From Tubulanus polymorphus (taxonomy: Eukaryota; Animalia; Nemertea): a DNA stretch of 64,000 bases. The DNA lies in contig NC_134029.1 in the NCBI RefSeq assembly GCF_964204645.1, forward strand, positions 9,698,850-9,762,849, read 5' to 3'. This document shows positions 41,503 to 54,077 of this stretch, piece after piece; the first letter of the stretch is position 1, and every line of letters starts with the position of its first letter. The translations under genes were made by a program, and so were the position numbers. The notes under the pieces are model-generated. The model ran no database searches, was not told the DNA's origin, and saw only the letters and a program-made list of their open reading frames with translations.

Positions 41503-41811
41503 ACGTGCGAACAAGCCCTTACAGCAATGGTACTTGCCCGCGATTCATCCGAATATAATCCCCGCGAAACAAGGCACAATCTGGACCTGCTGACTGGTAA
41601 AATCGACGACTGTTCTACAGAAATATGTAAATTAGCCACCAAACTGCAACGGGATGTTTGCCGCAATCGAAACCGCTTGCTGTACCCAAACCGACTTGAT
41701 GGTGCCGAGATTCCTCATACTGCATACTCTCAAATGGATTCGACTGACGCACAATTGATTGTAACAGAACTTGTTAAACTTGCCAGGGAATACATCATAA
41801 ACTCACTTTAG
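41503..41811 (+). CDS. Sacsin-like gene, last exon 6 (C-terminal HEPN domain)
   Basis: Follows a 76-bp GT-AG intron (taattttcag|). In frame as YKCHL|TCEQALTAMV..HNL..LLYPN..IPHTAYS, the sacsin HEPN pattern. TAG stop at 41811. Confidence 0.92.
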   Translation, partial: TCEQALTAMVLARDSSEYNPRETRHNLDLLTGKIDDCSTEICKLATKLQRDVCRNRNRLLYPNRLDGAEIPHTAYSQMDSTDAQLIVTELVKLAREYIINSL

Positions 41812-42149
41812 TGGGGCATGTGTTATTGGTACACATAAGTGTCATGTGTATTTGACAAGTTTATTCGGGAAACAATTCTCAAAATACGTTTTGTTTCACT
41901 TTTTGGCATGATTTTCTTTGGCATATATTTTTCTTTCTTTTGAGGATGTACCAGAATGTTCAGGATCAATGTACATTTTGTAACGACGGACTAACAATGA
42001 TTGTTTTGATTGTATATGTAATTCAGGTGTGTAGCTTGGACAGAGAGCTGTTCAAAGTATCTTGTACATGTAAGCTTAAGTTCCCCAAGATTATTCTAGG
42101 AGTCAAAACACCCCTTCTTGAATGGTGTAGAGTGAACTAGGTGTTCTAC

Positions 42150-42562
42150 CTTTGGCTGCCGATTTCTGTTAGAATTGAATTCAAAATTTTATTGCTAGTC
42201 TTTAAATGTCTAAATAATCTGGCACCACCATATTTGCAGTCACTTATATCCTTGCATGTACCGAGTAGGTCACTTCGTTCCAGCCAAGAAACTAGTCGTT
42301 TGAACATTCCTTTTAGCAATAAATCCAGCTGTAAGAGAGCTTTTAGTTTTGCTGCTCCAGCTCTTTGGAATGCCCTGCCTGTCTCTGTAAGGCTTAAAAA
42401 CGTACCTTTTTAAAAGGACTTATATGTTTTAAGCTATTTTACTGTGTCTTTGCTCCTGCTGTTTTATCATATGCTTTTTAAGTTCTTGATTTTATGTAAA
42501 TGTATTAACCCTTTGTACAGCGCATAGATTATTATTTTAGCTATGTGCTATATAAGAAATAA

Positions 42563-42630
<68 letters not shown>

Positions 42631-42763
42631 TTATTTTTATTATTTATTATTATTATTATTAATTATTATTATTATTATTATTATCATTTATTATTATTAT
42701 TATTATTAATTATTAATTATTATTATTATTTATTATTATTAATTATTATTATTATTATTATTA
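42150..42763 (+). mobile_element. 5'-truncated L2/CR1-group LINE 3' end with (ATT)n tail
   Basis: ORF2 C-terminus WLPISVRIEFKILLLVFKCLNNLAPPYL..RSLRS..RAFSFAAPALWNALP, then the 3' UTR motif tgtacagcgc..gctatataagaaataaa and a ~200-bp (ATT)n tail. Confidence 0.88.
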
Positions 42764-42839
42764 TGGATGTTGACATATGATCTAGAGTTCTTTTTACCTT
42801 TTGGTAAATATTTAAAAAGTAAAATTTCCTGTATTCTAT

Positions 42840-43670
42840 ATGTTGTACATTTACGGTGATTTTCGTTTTCAATGGCTGTCAACTGTTGACTCTTGGCTTT
42901 CTAAATTAGGTCTTAACTATTTTTCTCATACAAGAGATTATTGGCTTATTTTGGCGGATGTATCCACGCAGGGTTACGGTGAAAACTACAAGATTTTTAA
43001 GAGGGAATTCGTGCTTGAAACCTATTTATTGGATCTTTCTGCTGGAAGTAGGATTAGTTTGGGAAGATTTAGATAAGGTTGTTCAAGGTTGTTCCAGTGT
43101 ATAGACTACGCTTTTCTGGACAGGGCAGGGCTCAATTGAATTACCCAGTTTGTAATAGAATCCGTGATGAATTTCATGTATTAATTGAATGTCAGCTGTA
43201 TACTGAAATAAGGAAAAAATTAATTCCAAAGCACTATTGGCAACGTCCAAATGTATTGAAATTTATTGATTTAATGAATGATACTAAATATATATTGAAA
43301 TACAGTCAACCCCCTGATATACCGCCCACATTGGTGCAGAACCATTTCGACGGTATAGAGAGTATGGCGGTATATCTGAGGTGTTTTACTATACTATTTG
43401 TATTGAGATGTACATCGAGAAAACCTGGCGGTAGGCGGGGGAGGGGGCAGTATATGGGAGGGCGGTATATCGGGGGTTCACTGTATGTCTAAATATCTAA
43501 GCCATTATCTAAGCATCGACTTTAGTTGAAAGCATTAACGTATATTTGTGGTATCTAAATGACATTCGCTTTCACTCATCGCCGTTTATACACTTAATTG
43601 TATTCCATGACATGTTATATTTTATAACATTAGATGAATTGAATTGTAACAATTAATAAATTTACTCTGA
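42840..43670 (+). mobile_element. Degenerate LINE 3' fragment (ORF2 C-terminal Cys/His domain, RTEX/CR1-group-like)
   Basis: YKIFKREFVLETYL..LGRFR..CN..DEFHVLIECQLYTEIRKKLIP..PNVLKFIDLMN. Frameshifted and interrupted by a MITE. Boundaries approximate. Confidence 0.7.
43303..43483. mobile_element. Tc1/mariner-pogo type MITE (181 bp)
   Basis: TA|CAGTCAACCCCCTGATATACCGCC ... GGCGGTATATCGGGGGTTCACTG|TA. Confidence 0.88.
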
Positions 43671-46600
43671 TAATACATACAATTCATGTACAATTGTATT
43701 TTTATCTCTTGAGGTATCATCTCTAGTTCTACACCAACAAGCGCCATGCTATGCCAAAATGTCAAAACTTACGTTTCGCTGTTCACGATTTTTAGTTATT
43801 AACAGAGAAGTCCTGAACACATGCGAAAATTATATGTGATCAAGTTTGGGAGATTGGTGATGAAGACATGTCTTATATCTAAGGATGTAACTCGGTCAGG
43901 GGCGGATAGGAAAATTGGCAAGCTGGGGTCCGGAGGAAATTAAAAGGCGTTTCTGATGGATAAAAAACAACCATATCAAAGGCCAATATCGGGATGCCGC
44001 CATCCTCGGTAAGATGTTTTAATTTCTCAAAAGATGAGTGTCAAATTCGCAGGTTTTTAATCTCTGAGTTGATGAAAAGGGCTACCTCAGTGGGAAGGCA
44101 GGGATCCGGACCGTGACTACCCGAAATCCACCCCTGTAGGTTGAAAGTCCATTTGCTCCATTTTTCAAAAATAAATTGAGCACAGATAATTCACATTTCA
44201 CATGCTTACGCGTTGTCAGGTGGCCAAAGTGATTGCCTATAGCTAATGCAATCAATATGTACATCATCGATATGGTAGGTCTCTCCTACTGCGCCTCTCC
44301 TATGTGTAGTACATACGATCCTTATCGAGAGGAAAAGGGTGCGATGTGGGCCTCATTGGTGATGAATTGACTGGACGTGGCAAGTTCACTTGCTGCTTTT
44401 ATATATCGTTTCTCTCGATTTGAATTGAATGGCTCTTATCCGTTTTGATAAGTCCCCGAAGGGAATATAAACTCGGTCGCCTACGTAGAAACCTAGTAGA
44501 TATTTGTGTCATAAACTTTTCCGAGAAGTAGCATTCTTAGTTCGAATCAATAAGGCTGATATTGAACTTGTCACGTAGACGTTCATTCCTTCGAAAATTA
44601 TGAAACGACCGGTGCGTACACGCGTGCTTTAGAACGATGTCATTCAATACCAGCCAATGATTCAGCTTATCGTTTGGACCGTGCATAGTACGCGCCATCA
44701 CGATAGGTTACAACTGTATTAATTAAAACTAACTATTTAGCATAAACGTGACACATTATTTTGTTACTGATCATTTACAAACTTTTAGAGTGGAACAAAA
44801 AAAATTCGTCCAGGCTTAAAATTCCTTCATCACTAACAAATAGTTTAAAATTAGTTTTGACAACTTTCTGAAAACCACTTGATCTTCCCGCTGAGATCGA
44901 TAGAAAATAGCTGTTACCCGCTAGGCGGTTTCTTATATTCTAAGTGATGCCCCAAATTACGTATACACACGAATTGAAGTGCGCTTCAGTCTTAGCGTGA
45001 TGCACGAAAATTTATCCAATAGATGGCGAAAGTGTGTTCAGGCGAAATATATGGCGATGTCAAATATTGTGCAATCTTAGACGGTCTTGTTGTTTTCTTC
45101 AATTCTGCAATCTAATCAGTATTGCTACGTTGAAAATTTATTAAATTAAATGTGACTTTGTGTCGGAATTTCTGATGCGACGCTCCTGTTTTATAATGAA
45201 CGGGTTGGGGATGCAAAATTTAATTACAGAAGTACCCAAGTAGTCCGATTGGGTTTCTTGACTTTTCCCCTCTTGTCTGTGAATGAAATATTAAATATTG
45301 TGGATTTAAATATCATTTCACTGTCATATTATTCTATACAACCCATAGCCCAACAAATACAGCTTTGTGACTCGTCCACGAATTGTATTTCAAATGTCAA
45401 GCCGATGTGATCTCGTGCCGTGGTCCGCGCGGCGCCCTTTTCAGTCGCTACAAATAAGTACCAATTTGACGTGATTATACCAGCGTCGACGGCTTGTTTC
45501 ATAGATTTATGGTCCATCGGTGACAATCCTTTGTTAGTGCAGGAAAAAGTAAATTACTTCTCTTCTATATATCCCTGATGAACAATGTAGGGATGCAATC
45601 ACCCTGTTACATCGAATGGATACAAATTACATGATTTACACTGCGGCTAATAAACACACCGGTCCTATTATTGCGTTATTTCTCTCTCTTGCTCAGCGTG
45701 CCACAATATTATTTGATGCCGTGTACACAGGACAGAATTCGTTAGGTTTAGTCATGAAAAACTAAAACGGTGAGGTGAAACACGTATACATGCGTTATAA
45801 TTATATTGCCAGTACGACGGACAGAAGTTTCGCAATATCTGAAGTGAATAGCTTCCAAATGATTCTCAAGATTTTGTTGTTCAGCCCATCGTTCTTGGTT
45901 CGATATCGCAGAAATTATCACTCTGACTTATATCATCTTTAGACGGGTTAATGGGTTCACTGCATCCTGTCTAATTCTCTCCAATGGTCCTTATTGCATA
46001 CATTATAGACCAGGCGGCAATACCAGTCACGCGCTAAGGTGCGGACAAGAAACAACAGTCGATTAATGGAAGAGACGTTTTTTGGTGGGATGAACGGTCG
46101 TTATCGACGTTTTGAAGAGGAAAATGGCCCAGTTGTGTTTATCATAAAGAGTGAAGATATGAAAGAATAGCCGAGTATCGACGAGAAACATTGTTTAGCG
46201 CAACATGATCTTATCTCCACATCATTATTGGTTTTCACCTGGTTCTGATAAGTTACCGCCCAATATCCAATCTCACGAAATCAAATTCACGCAGTAATGT
46301 ATCTTATTCACTTTTTAAAGTGTGCTGGTTCCGCAAAAGAGGATACAACCAGGGAAGCTCGTCACAAAAATACATACCAACCATGGTGGGGTCCCGACAA
46401 TGTACCTGATTCAGTCTAAGTAGCTTGTGGGTGCGCTGCAATGTCTTCTGTTTCAATAGGGAAGTTTTCAGTTATCAGACGCCTTTTGGGGCGGATCCGC
46501 AGGTCACGCAGATTTTAACTTTTTTTTACACTGAAACCGTTAGACTGAAATTTATTGTCGTCCGCGTCACCCTTTTGCCACAAAAATTAAAGTTATAGAT

Positions 46601-47754
46601 CGTTAAGATGGGATATATCACACATTCAAAAAGGTTTAACTCTAAATCGATTTAGGCCTTAATCCTTTTTGTGAAACTGGACCAAGGACAACAGGACTGG
46701 AGTACATGAGTTGAAAATTGGGAATTTGGTGGAATTTCCATTAAAATAACAGTCACATATATTTTCCGAATTGTTTGGATCCGTTGACATGTCGCATTCA
46801 GATACCTGGCTAACTTTAAATGTTAGCATATCTAGAAATATTTATCAGGTGCACGTAGAGTTACGTAGGTAGTAATTACTTAGCGAAAACAACGTTTTAC
46901 TGTTCCGAACGTAGAACTCGCTTACGTCGCGGTGAACATATCCATACGCCTGTAACTAATCTGATTATGCATCGTTCACCTAACGCAAATTGTACGGAGG
47001 ATCAAACACCACGACCTTTCCATCGATATTCTGAAACACACGCGAAGAAACCTGGAAGTTTTTTTCTCATCCGAGGATGATCGCCGCGGAAGCTGTCGAT
47101 CAGGTCGCTACAATGCGTCGATGTTTTACGCTAGTTTAACTATCGCAGAATCGCGGGTCACGCCATCAAACGAACGATTTGCGATAGTAGCAAATGGTGC
47201 CTGTTGGTGTGTTGCGTAATTTATCAGGGTTTTTTTTATACGAGTGAAAGATGAATGGAATGAAATACAAATGCGGTTTTTCATCCGACGCACTGAATCA
47301 TGTTTCATTGATATTTGTGTCTTCGTTGAACTTCTACAACCATGGTCTACGACCCTTCCGCGATGAAGAGATTTTTCTGAAGATATAACAACTTAGAAAA
47401 CTGTTACACTCGCCATGAATCAATCATCTATTTCTACTATACATTAAAGTATATGTTAAGTTTGATATCTTAGTACAACGGAGGATTCTTGCACTCGTTC
47501 TAATATCGTATCTGGTAATCATGTAAGTGGTAAGGCCAGTATAATCGATCACTGTATCCATCTTAGAAAACGGTGGTTTAAGTTACATATGGTACGAAAA
47601 ATCTTTTTCGAAACGCTTACAAGATCAATTTCAACAGAAATGACACCAGACTATTCAAGATTCAACATAATTAGGTACTCATGAAATCATTAAGCTGAAT
47701 TAGGGGCGGGAGGTATGTTCACTCGCTCTACCATTTGACCTAAAGATAAATTTG

Positions 47755-47930
47755 ATACGATTCCGTTGTTTTAACCACAAACTACCGATTGAAACTGAGA
47801 AATATGAAAATATCCCTCGGAATGAACAACCTTTACTGAATGTAATCTAGGAAAAATGGGCGATGAATACCATTTAATCATGGAGTGCACTTTCTTCGAA
47901 AGTTTAAGAAGACGGTACATACCGCAACAA
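47755..47930 (+). mobile_element. Short LINE ORF2 C-terminal fragment
   Basis: FRCFNHKLPIET..YENIPRNE / CNLGKMGDEYHLIMECTFFESLRRRYIP; same domain type as at ~43150. Confidence 0.7.
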
Positions 47931-49647
47931 CTAGTAGTTCGGGATCTTAATGGCACCAATGATTTTTGGTATCTGTGGAAACTAGAGTCGGAAAACTTTT
48001 GGTGCCAGCTTTACAATTGTTGTCTTCGTTGTGGGTTGAAATATACATTCTTTTATGGCTCTCATTTCAAAACGATTTGAGATAATCAAGAAATTCTTTT
48101 TTCAGCAGAAAAACCATTTCTCTACTTTAAAGAAAATCTATAGAACTTTCCCAAATTTAGGAAGGATATTAATCTTTTAACATCACAAGACCCAAACATC
48201 TTATGAAAGCTAGTACAGTGGTATTATTAATAAAAAAAGGCAGATAGCAGAATCTGCAGAAACAAACAGAAAGCTTGTAAACATTACTTGTCCCTCTTAC
48301 GCACACAGAACCCATACCCATCGTGTACGTTGTTAGTTACGCATGAGTAAAATACTCACTTTTCAATGCAGCTCAATGTGAACATAACATCAAATCAATG
48401 AAATAAATAAGATGGACGATTCCCCATTTACAGATCAAATATATATTGAGATACTTGGTGGTCCTAAAAACATTTTCCCGATGAATACATAATTGTTTTG
48501 TGTTTTAGACTTTGAAAAAAAGAATACATGTACACTGAATTTGGTATTTCTAAATTTATCGTGTTATTTATTGTGTTATCGGGAAAGCAAGATTCTGTGC
48601 CGTTTTCTGAAATTTCTGCAATTTCCCGGTCTTTTTTTGATAGATCAATATCACGCAGCATTTTTATATTGATACTGGCAGGTGAAAAATCCCAATTTCA
48701 TTGCCTCTGATTATCGAAATAGACTTGACACCCTGATTGCTACATAAAAGTTGATAGCTCGAAGTGTTTCGACGACACCCAAGGAGAAATTAGAAAGTAG
48801 GTTTAGTGCATTGTTTTCTTTTTGTGGACCGTCTTATACGCACGTCGGTAAAATGCCACAGGGCAGAAAAACTTGTGTGTCGCAGTAACAAAATGAACCA
48901 TAACCGGTCGCTCTGGTTATACTTTGATGAACAGCAGGTGTGTGTACGCGTGTGTTTCGAAGTTGAAAGTTCGTCAGTTGAAAAATCGAGAAGTGCGTAT
49001 TCTTGTCATGGTTTTAGTACGATGTCGAAATTACCTCTACTGGGTGATTAATCAACACGAGGAAAAGATAACAAGCCGTGTACCGTCGCCATGCATTAAG
49101 TGATCGTACAAGCCTTATTCGTGGTCATGCCTGGGCGAAGGTATAATAAGATTAAGCGATGCTCTCTTATTGAAGAAGATGGATTTTATCTCCTGGAGCG
49201 CAGACGAACCTGACCCACAATCCCGGCATGCTCGCTGTCAACAAGCCGAAGAACTAATTGCAAATTGAGTGGTTATCCGGGGAGACAAATAAAGTTAGGC
49301 AACGTGGTGATTTGCCGACTGTAAAATCCTCTCAGTGGATGTATTATATGGCTTATTTACGTGTAGAGTTATTATGAAAGCTAAGGTCGAGTCAGTACGG
49401 TGACTTCGTTCAGGTGTTATTTATCATTTATTGCTCACCGATCCCTCAGAAATTACACTTTTTCATAATGGCAGAGTGTTTTAGCTGATTCATTTGAGTC
49501 GTTAAATGCGACTATAACAGTTTTCATGTGGCCATATATACGTGTAATTCTGTATTTACGTTGTTAATGGAAAATATATCGGGTCAATATCAATTAAGCG
49601 GGATCGTCCTGGTCATATCATCCCTATTTCCAAACTGAACATTCGTG

Positions 49648-49884
49648 CCATGGACAGATCCAATGGGGAGGGCCTTGTACCCCTTGCCCTGCTCCGTGTT
49701 CGAAAATCTTCTGATAGCGATATGAAAATTTCAAAACTTTATCGATTGCTGCTTCGGCGCCTGCCACAAATTACTGTAGGTAATGCACACATTTTCAAGA
49801 ATATATTTTTCATTGAAATATAAAAATACGCTGGGAAAACACTACACTTGACCCTCTCTGCTGAAATTTCAGGATCCGCCCCTG
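49648..49884. mobile_element. hAT-like MITE remnant
   Basis: Degenerate TIRs catggacagatcc ... ggatccgcccctg. No TSD seen. Confidence 0.4.
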
Positions 49885-50235
49885 CATGCCTTCCTCGGTC
49901 AACCGCTCACCGGACATACTAATTTATGGTATCATACTCAAGATAGCGGATACGGGTTAAACATTAGTTCAGTGTATTCCGACAAGCATAGATAAAGTTA
50001 TAATCTATACGCATATATAAATATGAACCGGTATATCCGTGGTAAGTGCTCATAGAAGCAGCGGCTTGTAAAATATATGAGACACCTCTCAGACAACACG
50101 CATTCACAAATCACTCACACGAAAGCCACAAACACTTTACGTCAAACATGAAATATACAAAACGAAAAATAAAACATATATATATAAGACTCATTATGTG
50201 CTACGCGTTCGACAACCCTGATAACGTTTCAACCG

Positions 50236-51263
50236 TTTTAAGCCCACCTGGGACTTTATTCCCAGCGGGCTATTGCGTTCACTTTTCGTCCGTCGAAATC
50301 CAGTTATTTTAGGAAGTTTTGAAGACGCTCCAAGTGTAATGTCTTCATATTTGGGTTACACATGTATCTACCCTAGACACATCTTCAGCCCAAAAACTGG
50401 CCCTGTCAGAATCAAGATGGCCGACTGGCAGCCATAGCACTTTTTACAAATTTTTGAACTTTTTGAGGGAAATTTTGAAGACGCTTTGATCAATTATCCT
50501 GATATTTCGTATAAACTTGAATCTTCGTATAAATTTGAATCTTTCGTGCCCAAAACTGTCAATTTTGCCTCGAATTCTGAGTCCTGTAGCTTCCTACTTG
50601 TTTGCCCTTTCACATTGCAATTGCTGATGGGTATTCTTTGGAAAGGTATTTTTGATCAGCCAATGGGACAGGTATTTTTGATCAGCCAATTATGACGCAA
50701 TTAGCAGCCATCTTGGTGTCATCAGTACTCATTCATAGGTGGGAAAAAGTTTTTCGACATTATATTGATACCTAAGCATATTTTGCTACCACGATGAATA
50801 AGAAAGTCGTAGCTTATAACGTGTTCTATGATTGTGGTGAGTTTCAAGGTCATTGGTGTTTGTATATTGCCACCAGGGGGCGTTGAATAATACAATATCT
50901 TAGTATTTCTATATTATATTTTTACCAATGCATATTTTGTTCGCACAATCAATTGCAAAGTTGTAGCTCATGACATGTTCTATGATTGTGGTGAGTTTCA
51001 AGGACATAACTTATTCTATATGGTCACCAGGGGCGCTGAATAGTAGAATAACTTAGTATTTCAATATGAAATTGGTAACGAAGCATATTTTGTTATCACA
51101 ATCAATTACAAAATCGTAGCTGCTGACATGTCCATTGTGGTTAGTTTCAAGGTCATTGGCTTTTGCATATGGTCACCAGGGGTGTTGAATATTGAAATTG
51201 TTAGATTGTTGAGCATTTGAAACCACTTCTCATTTGGGCATGGTGTCCCTGGACCCCTAGTTT
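50236..51263 (+). repeat. HINE-like repeat copy (most complete)
   Basis: 5' hairpin agcccacctggga..tcccagcgggct, the core shared with the other copies, internal subrepeats, and a 3' end ccctggacccCTAGttt. Confidence 0.8.
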
Positions 51264-53020
51264 GGTGTGGGTTCAAACTGACTTTCTAGAAGTGATTAGT
51301 ACCCTTGCGAGTACACAGAGATCGGTGAAATTGGGCAATTGTCTCAAGTGCAATGATAATCAACCAAAAACAAAATTCCTTGCCGACACAAAATTCCAGA
51401 AGCAAGAATACATTTCTTCGATAGATTAGAATAGATATTCATATCATAATATAAATTTCAGTAGATTAACAGTGAACAAAACGCCATGGCGATCATTTTA
51501 GATCCTCTTTTTGTTCTTTTTATCGTGGTATGTCAGTTAATCGTAAGGTCTATTGGTTAGCCGAAACATGTTAACAATATTTTTAACAATAAAAAAGGAT
51601 CTAGAATGTTCGCCTTGGCGATTTATTTACCATTGGAACCCACGACTTTTTCATTACCTGAATATCAACAGAATGTAATAATTGATCAGTATGTTCCGCT
51701 TTATGATGATACAAATGGACCTGGCAAGCGAGGCTGGAGTACAGATAACCAACAGATGGAAGCATTAATTTGGATAGGCCCCACGCCATCCAATATTTGG
51801 TATGGAATCGCTCCGCTGTCGTGATCTGGAACTGCAGGCGGAAATATAAATATTTTCGGGCAGATTTTGGTATAAATTTGTGTTTTATTGAACCAACAAC
51901 TTTTAAGAGAACTAAGGCAGGATTTTTCAGTATTTCAGAGATTAAGCGAGATCCGAGAAAGAAACGAATTGATGAATTCAACGATTTTCTAAATTTACAC
52001 TGAACACCTGGATCAAGTTTCCCAAGCATATAAGTGACGTATGACGTATGGGTAAGAATTATCAAATTTCTAACCCTGTCGGCAATAGTTCTGTTTTAAG
52101 CAAGAGCTGTGGAACTTATGGTCCTGTTGACGTTAAAGCTCAGCCATGATTTAAGAGTATAGATTTTTACAAGAACATCATATTGACGATACCCACTACT
52201 GTAAGTAATAAACCGATACACAAACTCGGACATTGAACATAGAAATGTTCGAAATTTGTTATTGACGAATATCTCAATTTTACGGAACTCATTCGGAATT
52301 CCATTCGTGATCTTTATGTACAGCACTGCTGTATCGAATTGAGAGGCCCTATTGGAATTCATTATTTAGGGAAATAGCTCATTAAACCTGTCAATTCTGT
52401 GACCGTCATCGAAGAGATGAGCGCTTTAAATGCATGATATCGACCTCTTATCGGTGTTTCTGGTCGAATGATTTCATCGACGCTTCGGCGCATTTCTCCC
52501 AGACTATTCGGAAACGAAAATTTCGCCCGTTCACCCGATAAAATTCAATTTCAAAAACAGTTGTCTGTCCACCGTGTATACGCGCTGTCAGGTCACTGAT
52601 AAGAGTTTAAGTAAATGACGCAAAACAAATTTGCGCAAACGTCACGGTTTACCGGATAATGGGCAATATACGACAAAACGTGCATCCGGAAGACGATACG
52701 TTTAAAAGGCCCAATAATGTCAGTTGAAGCGATTGTAACTTGAAACCCCAGGATTCAGAAAGCAATCAAATGTAAGTGCTATCAGATATCAGTTGAATTT
52801 TCTTGGCTGCCATTTTCTTAAAAAATAGTATTTCTTGGTTGATAACATGAAACTAGTTTGCGTATACCTCAAATCAAAGGAAATTCATGACATGTATAGT
52901 TCATTATCTTGTTCGGAAAATACCTAGTCTCTGTTCGCTGGTTGTGAAATATCGTTTTTGCAAGCGCCAGATACGATAGAAAATTACCAATAAACGATCA
53001 TAATGATAAAGTAAGACTGG

Positions 53021-54077
53021 GGTCCTGCTAAAGTACGAAACGACGAAATTACGTACGAAATATGAAACGAAATTACGAAATATCAAGCGAAATTACGAAA
53101 TTATGAAACTACGAAATTACGAAACTACGAAACGTGAAACGTAATTACGAAATGTTGATTCTTTTGCGAGAAGTGCTAAAGTACGGAACGGAATGGTCAT
53201 ATTTCAACGCGGCCATACTATAGTATAGCATGTAACGTCACGGGACCGTCAAAATTTTGGCGGTACATGTTAATGATCTTTTGAAAGTATTCAAGAATTT
53301 ATGTTCTTAAACTGGAAGGTTATTAGCCTATTGACATTTTGAGTCGGTCTGAAAGTTGATACAACGGAATCTGTAGTGTGTGGTCGTTATTTCATCTCCT
53401 CAATCGTGGATCAAACAACATAATTCGCTTTAGAGAACCAAAAAGTTGCCTGATAAGCGTAAATTCAAAGTGAGGGTTTCCAGGAGAAACAATAATAAAG
53501 CCTAAGGCTATAAAAATTGAATACCTTGTTTCTCCGCAGTGGTCCGGATCCTTTGTAAGTTCCAATAAAATTGTTTGATCTTGGTCATTTCTGTAGCTGC
53601 CGGGTCTGTTATGCTGTATGTCTGATCATGGTTTAAAAAAAGTAATGTACAGGGCAGATAGGCAGCCGGTCGGATCAACATTTAAGCTCAGCAGAGTGGA
53701 GAAACAACATCTTTTTTAGCCTAAACACTGCAGGATATGTTTTAAAGCACACTTTGTTCTCTAACCCGTAATTTGTAATCGGTCCCTTAAAGTTGTATGT
53801 GAGCATGCACAGATCATTCTTCCCCGACAGGGGTTCGAACCTGATGATATCACTAAATTCGGCCATGGCGCGGAACCCTGCCACACTAGACCGGGTGCGT
53901 ATGTTTGAGCCAGCTCCACGAGTCAACAACTGTAGCGAAGAAATTACAATTTCGTAACGTATTTTATTTCATACATTAGCAGGACCCACGAAAGAATGGC
54001 CATTTCGTTACGTATTTCGTAACGTACTTTAGCATTTCGTATTTCGTAATTTCGTAGTTTCGTACTTTAGAAGAACC
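53021..54077. mobile_element. Foldback/MITE with TACGAAA-repeat arms
   Basis: Left end ggtcctgctaaagtacgaaa; right end tttcgtactttagaagaacc. TGG on both flanks. Extra internal terminus copies at ~53172 and ~53960-53988. Confidence 0.7.

Noticed and set aside
13247-41811. Assigning the gene symbol SACS
   Set aside because: Family membership is clear, but orthology cannot be established without a phylogeny, given the missing Ubl domain and HPD motif.
44000-50200. Short ORFs in the downstream intergenic region
   Set aside because: No recognisable domains or consistent splice structure apart from the LINE fragment.
51535-51575. Hammerhead-like aaggtc..gccgaaacatgtt
   Set aside because: The CTGANGA core is missing.
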